A DNA stretch of 52,220 nucleotides, from NCBI RefSeq assembly GCF_004010195.1, contig NC_057720.1, positions 12,348,183 through 12,400,402 on the forward strand, read 5' to 3'. A model generated the notes under the pieces. That model saw only the letters and a program-made list of their open reading frames with translations, ran no database searches and was not told the origin of the DNA. Both the position numbers and the translations under genes were made by a program. Source of the stretch: Chiloscyllium plagiosum (lineage: Eukaryota). Positions 50,255 through 52,220 of the stretch are shown one piece after another; the stretch's first letter is position 1, and each line of letters starts with the position of its first letter.

Positions 50255-51098
50255 GAGCAGAGAGTGTTCAGCAGGAGAAGATAAAAGGTAGGGAGGAGGG
50301 ACTTGGAGGAGGGGCGTTGGAAATGTGATAGGTGGAAAGAGGTCAAGGTGAGGGTGATAGGTCGGAGTAGGGTGGAGGCGGAGAGGTCAAGAAGAAGACT
50401 GCAGGTCAGGAAGGCGGTGCCGGGTTGGAGGGATTCGGCTGAGACAAGGTGGGGGGAGGGGGGATGAAGAAACTGGTGAAGTCCAAGTATGGACTTGGAT
50501 TCAGCGATTCAGACATCCGCTGCAGCCGGTGTGGCCTCCTCTATATTGGGGAGACAGGCCGCCTACTTGCGGAGCGATTCAGAGCATCCGCTGCAGCCGG
50601 TGTGGCCTCCTCTATATTGGGGAGACAGGCCGCCTACTTGCGGAGCGATTCAGAGAGCACCTCTGGGCCACCCGGACGAACCAACCCAACCAACCTGTAG
50701 CACAGCATTTCAACTCCCCCTCCCACTCCACCGAGGATATGCAGGTCATTGGACTCATCCACCGCCAAACCACAACAACCCGACGGTCGGAGGAGGAGCG
50801 TCTTATCTTCCGACTGGGAACCCTCCAACCACAGGGGATGAACTTGGACTTCACCAGTTTCTTCATCCCCCCTCCCCCCACCTTGTCTCAGCCGGATCCC
50901 TCCAGCCCGGCACCGCCTTCCTGACCTGCAGTTCCTGGATGCTGCCTGACCTGCTGTGCTGTTCCAGCAATAAAGTTTCAGCTTTGATCTCCAGCGTCTG
51001 CAGACCTCACTTTCTCCTCGAAGATTTCAACCTACTGCGAATCCTCTTACAAGGATGCCTTCCTTGAAGAAGCTCTCTCTGCTGAACACTCTCTGCTC

Positions 51099-51134
51099 AT
51101 TCCTGAAGAAGGGCATGTGCCCGAAACGTCGAAT
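51099..51134 (+). ncRNA. Minimal type I hammerhead ribozyme (Penelope-associated)
   Basis: ATTC-CTGAAGA-A-GGGC atgt GCCC-GAAA-CG-TC^-GAAT: intact core, 4-bp stems I and II, palindromic ACGT in place of stem III. Confidence 0.85.
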
Positions 51135-51904
51135 CTTCTGTTCCCTAGATGCTGCCTGACCTGCTGTGCTGTTCCAGCAATAAAGTTTCAGCTTTGATCT
51201 CCAGCGTCTGCAGACCTCACTTTCTCCCGGCACAATGTATACAAACAGGAGGAGTTTGGTCTGGGAGTCCTTAACGTTGATTATGGACCCTTTCAAGTCC
51301 GATGACAACAGGTCAAATGTAAGCAAAGAAACATCCTGTTGATAACCTCCCACTACCTCCCGCCCTTCTGTCAGCTGATGATCCTCCATGTTGAATACCA
51401 CTTTGAAGAATTCAGTGAGGGTGGGTAAGCTGTTGAAGGTGGGGAAGCCTCTGAGAGCAGGCGATTGAATGTGTGTGTGAGTGAGTGAGACACAGCCATA
51501 CACACACATACTCCCCACCTCCTCCCCCCACAAAAATAATTCACAAAGTAAGTGATGGAAGGAGCAAACCCCAGGCGGGAAGTCTGCCAACGCCAACTAG
51601 TGGTGTGCCCCACCAGAGGCAAACCAAACAAGGACAATTCCTTAGGTTGGCCACAACCCCTTCCTTGGTGAGCACAATTTTCAGACAAGTTTATTTCTCT
51701 TTCCCTTGCATTAACATTGAACATAGAACAGTGCAGCATAGGAACAGGTCCTTCAGCCCATCACCACACTTGTGCTGACCATAATGCCATTCCAAACTAA
51801 TCCCATTTGCCTGCACATTTCCTAAAATGAAGAGGTAAAATATTCTTTATTATTAAGCTGTTTCGAATTGTCAATTTTTAACTTGCCAATTGTCAACTAA
51901 TTTC

Positions 51905-52220
51905 TATTAGTTATTACTCCCGATGCTACGAGCTAATAAGAGCAGGAATAGGAGGGTAGACCAGATGAATGCATGGCTGAAGAGCTGGTGTATGGGTGAA
52001 GGATTCACATTTTTGTGTCATTGGAATCTCTTTTGGGGTAGAAGTGACCTGTACAAGAAGGATGGATTGCACCTAAATTGGAAGGGGACTAATATACTGG
52101 CAGGGAAATTTGCTAGAACTGCTTGGGAGGACTTAAACTAGTAAGGTGGGGGGTGGGACCTAGGGAGATAGTGAGGAAAGAGATCGATCTGAGACGGATA
52201 CAGCTGAGAACAGAAGTGAG
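51905..52220 (+). mobile_element. CR1 ORF1 esterase C-terminal fragment (runs off the window)
   Basis: QMNAWLKSWC...LYKKDGLHLNWKG (SGNH-type DxxH); homologous to 31500-31790. Confidence 0.85.

Larger units (their letters stand above)
50161..51228 (+). mobile_element. Penelope-like element (truncated): GIY-YIG endonuclease fragment, inverted 5' segment, tandem 3' repeats, 15-bp TSD
   Basis: ORF IRCSRCGLLYIGETGRLLAERFREH...VAQHFN...EERLIFRLGTLQPQGMN; GGCACAATGTATACA at 50146-50160 and 51229-51243. Confidence 0.92.

Overview
This is vertebrate genomic DNA, most likely a shark or other cartilaginous fish, inferred from HE1-type SINEs and abundant CR1 LINEs. The window holds one complete minus-strand gene, FUBP1 (far upstream element-binding protein 1): 21 coding exons from ATG 45851 to TAA 4025, all GT-AG, joining in frame to 2145 nt (714 aa). 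The protein has a Gly-rich N-terminus, four KH domains and four Tyr-rich AWxxYY repeats. A CpG-island promoter lies at about 45.3-46.1 kb and a proximal poly(A) signal at about 3.69 kb. Introns and upstream DNA are packed with nested transposons: CR1 LINEs, HE1 SINEs, two solo LTRs, a TA-flanked MITE and Penelope-like elements. The most notable non-coding system is a set of about 10 minimal hammerhead-ribozyme motifs from several Penelope-like families, several inside short fold-back insertions with target-site duplications. Other leads are a KHSRP-like extra exon, candidate cassette and poison exons, and a promoter GC-box minisatellite split by a 2.8-kb transposon nest. Comparisons with human proteins are from memory, not from a database search.
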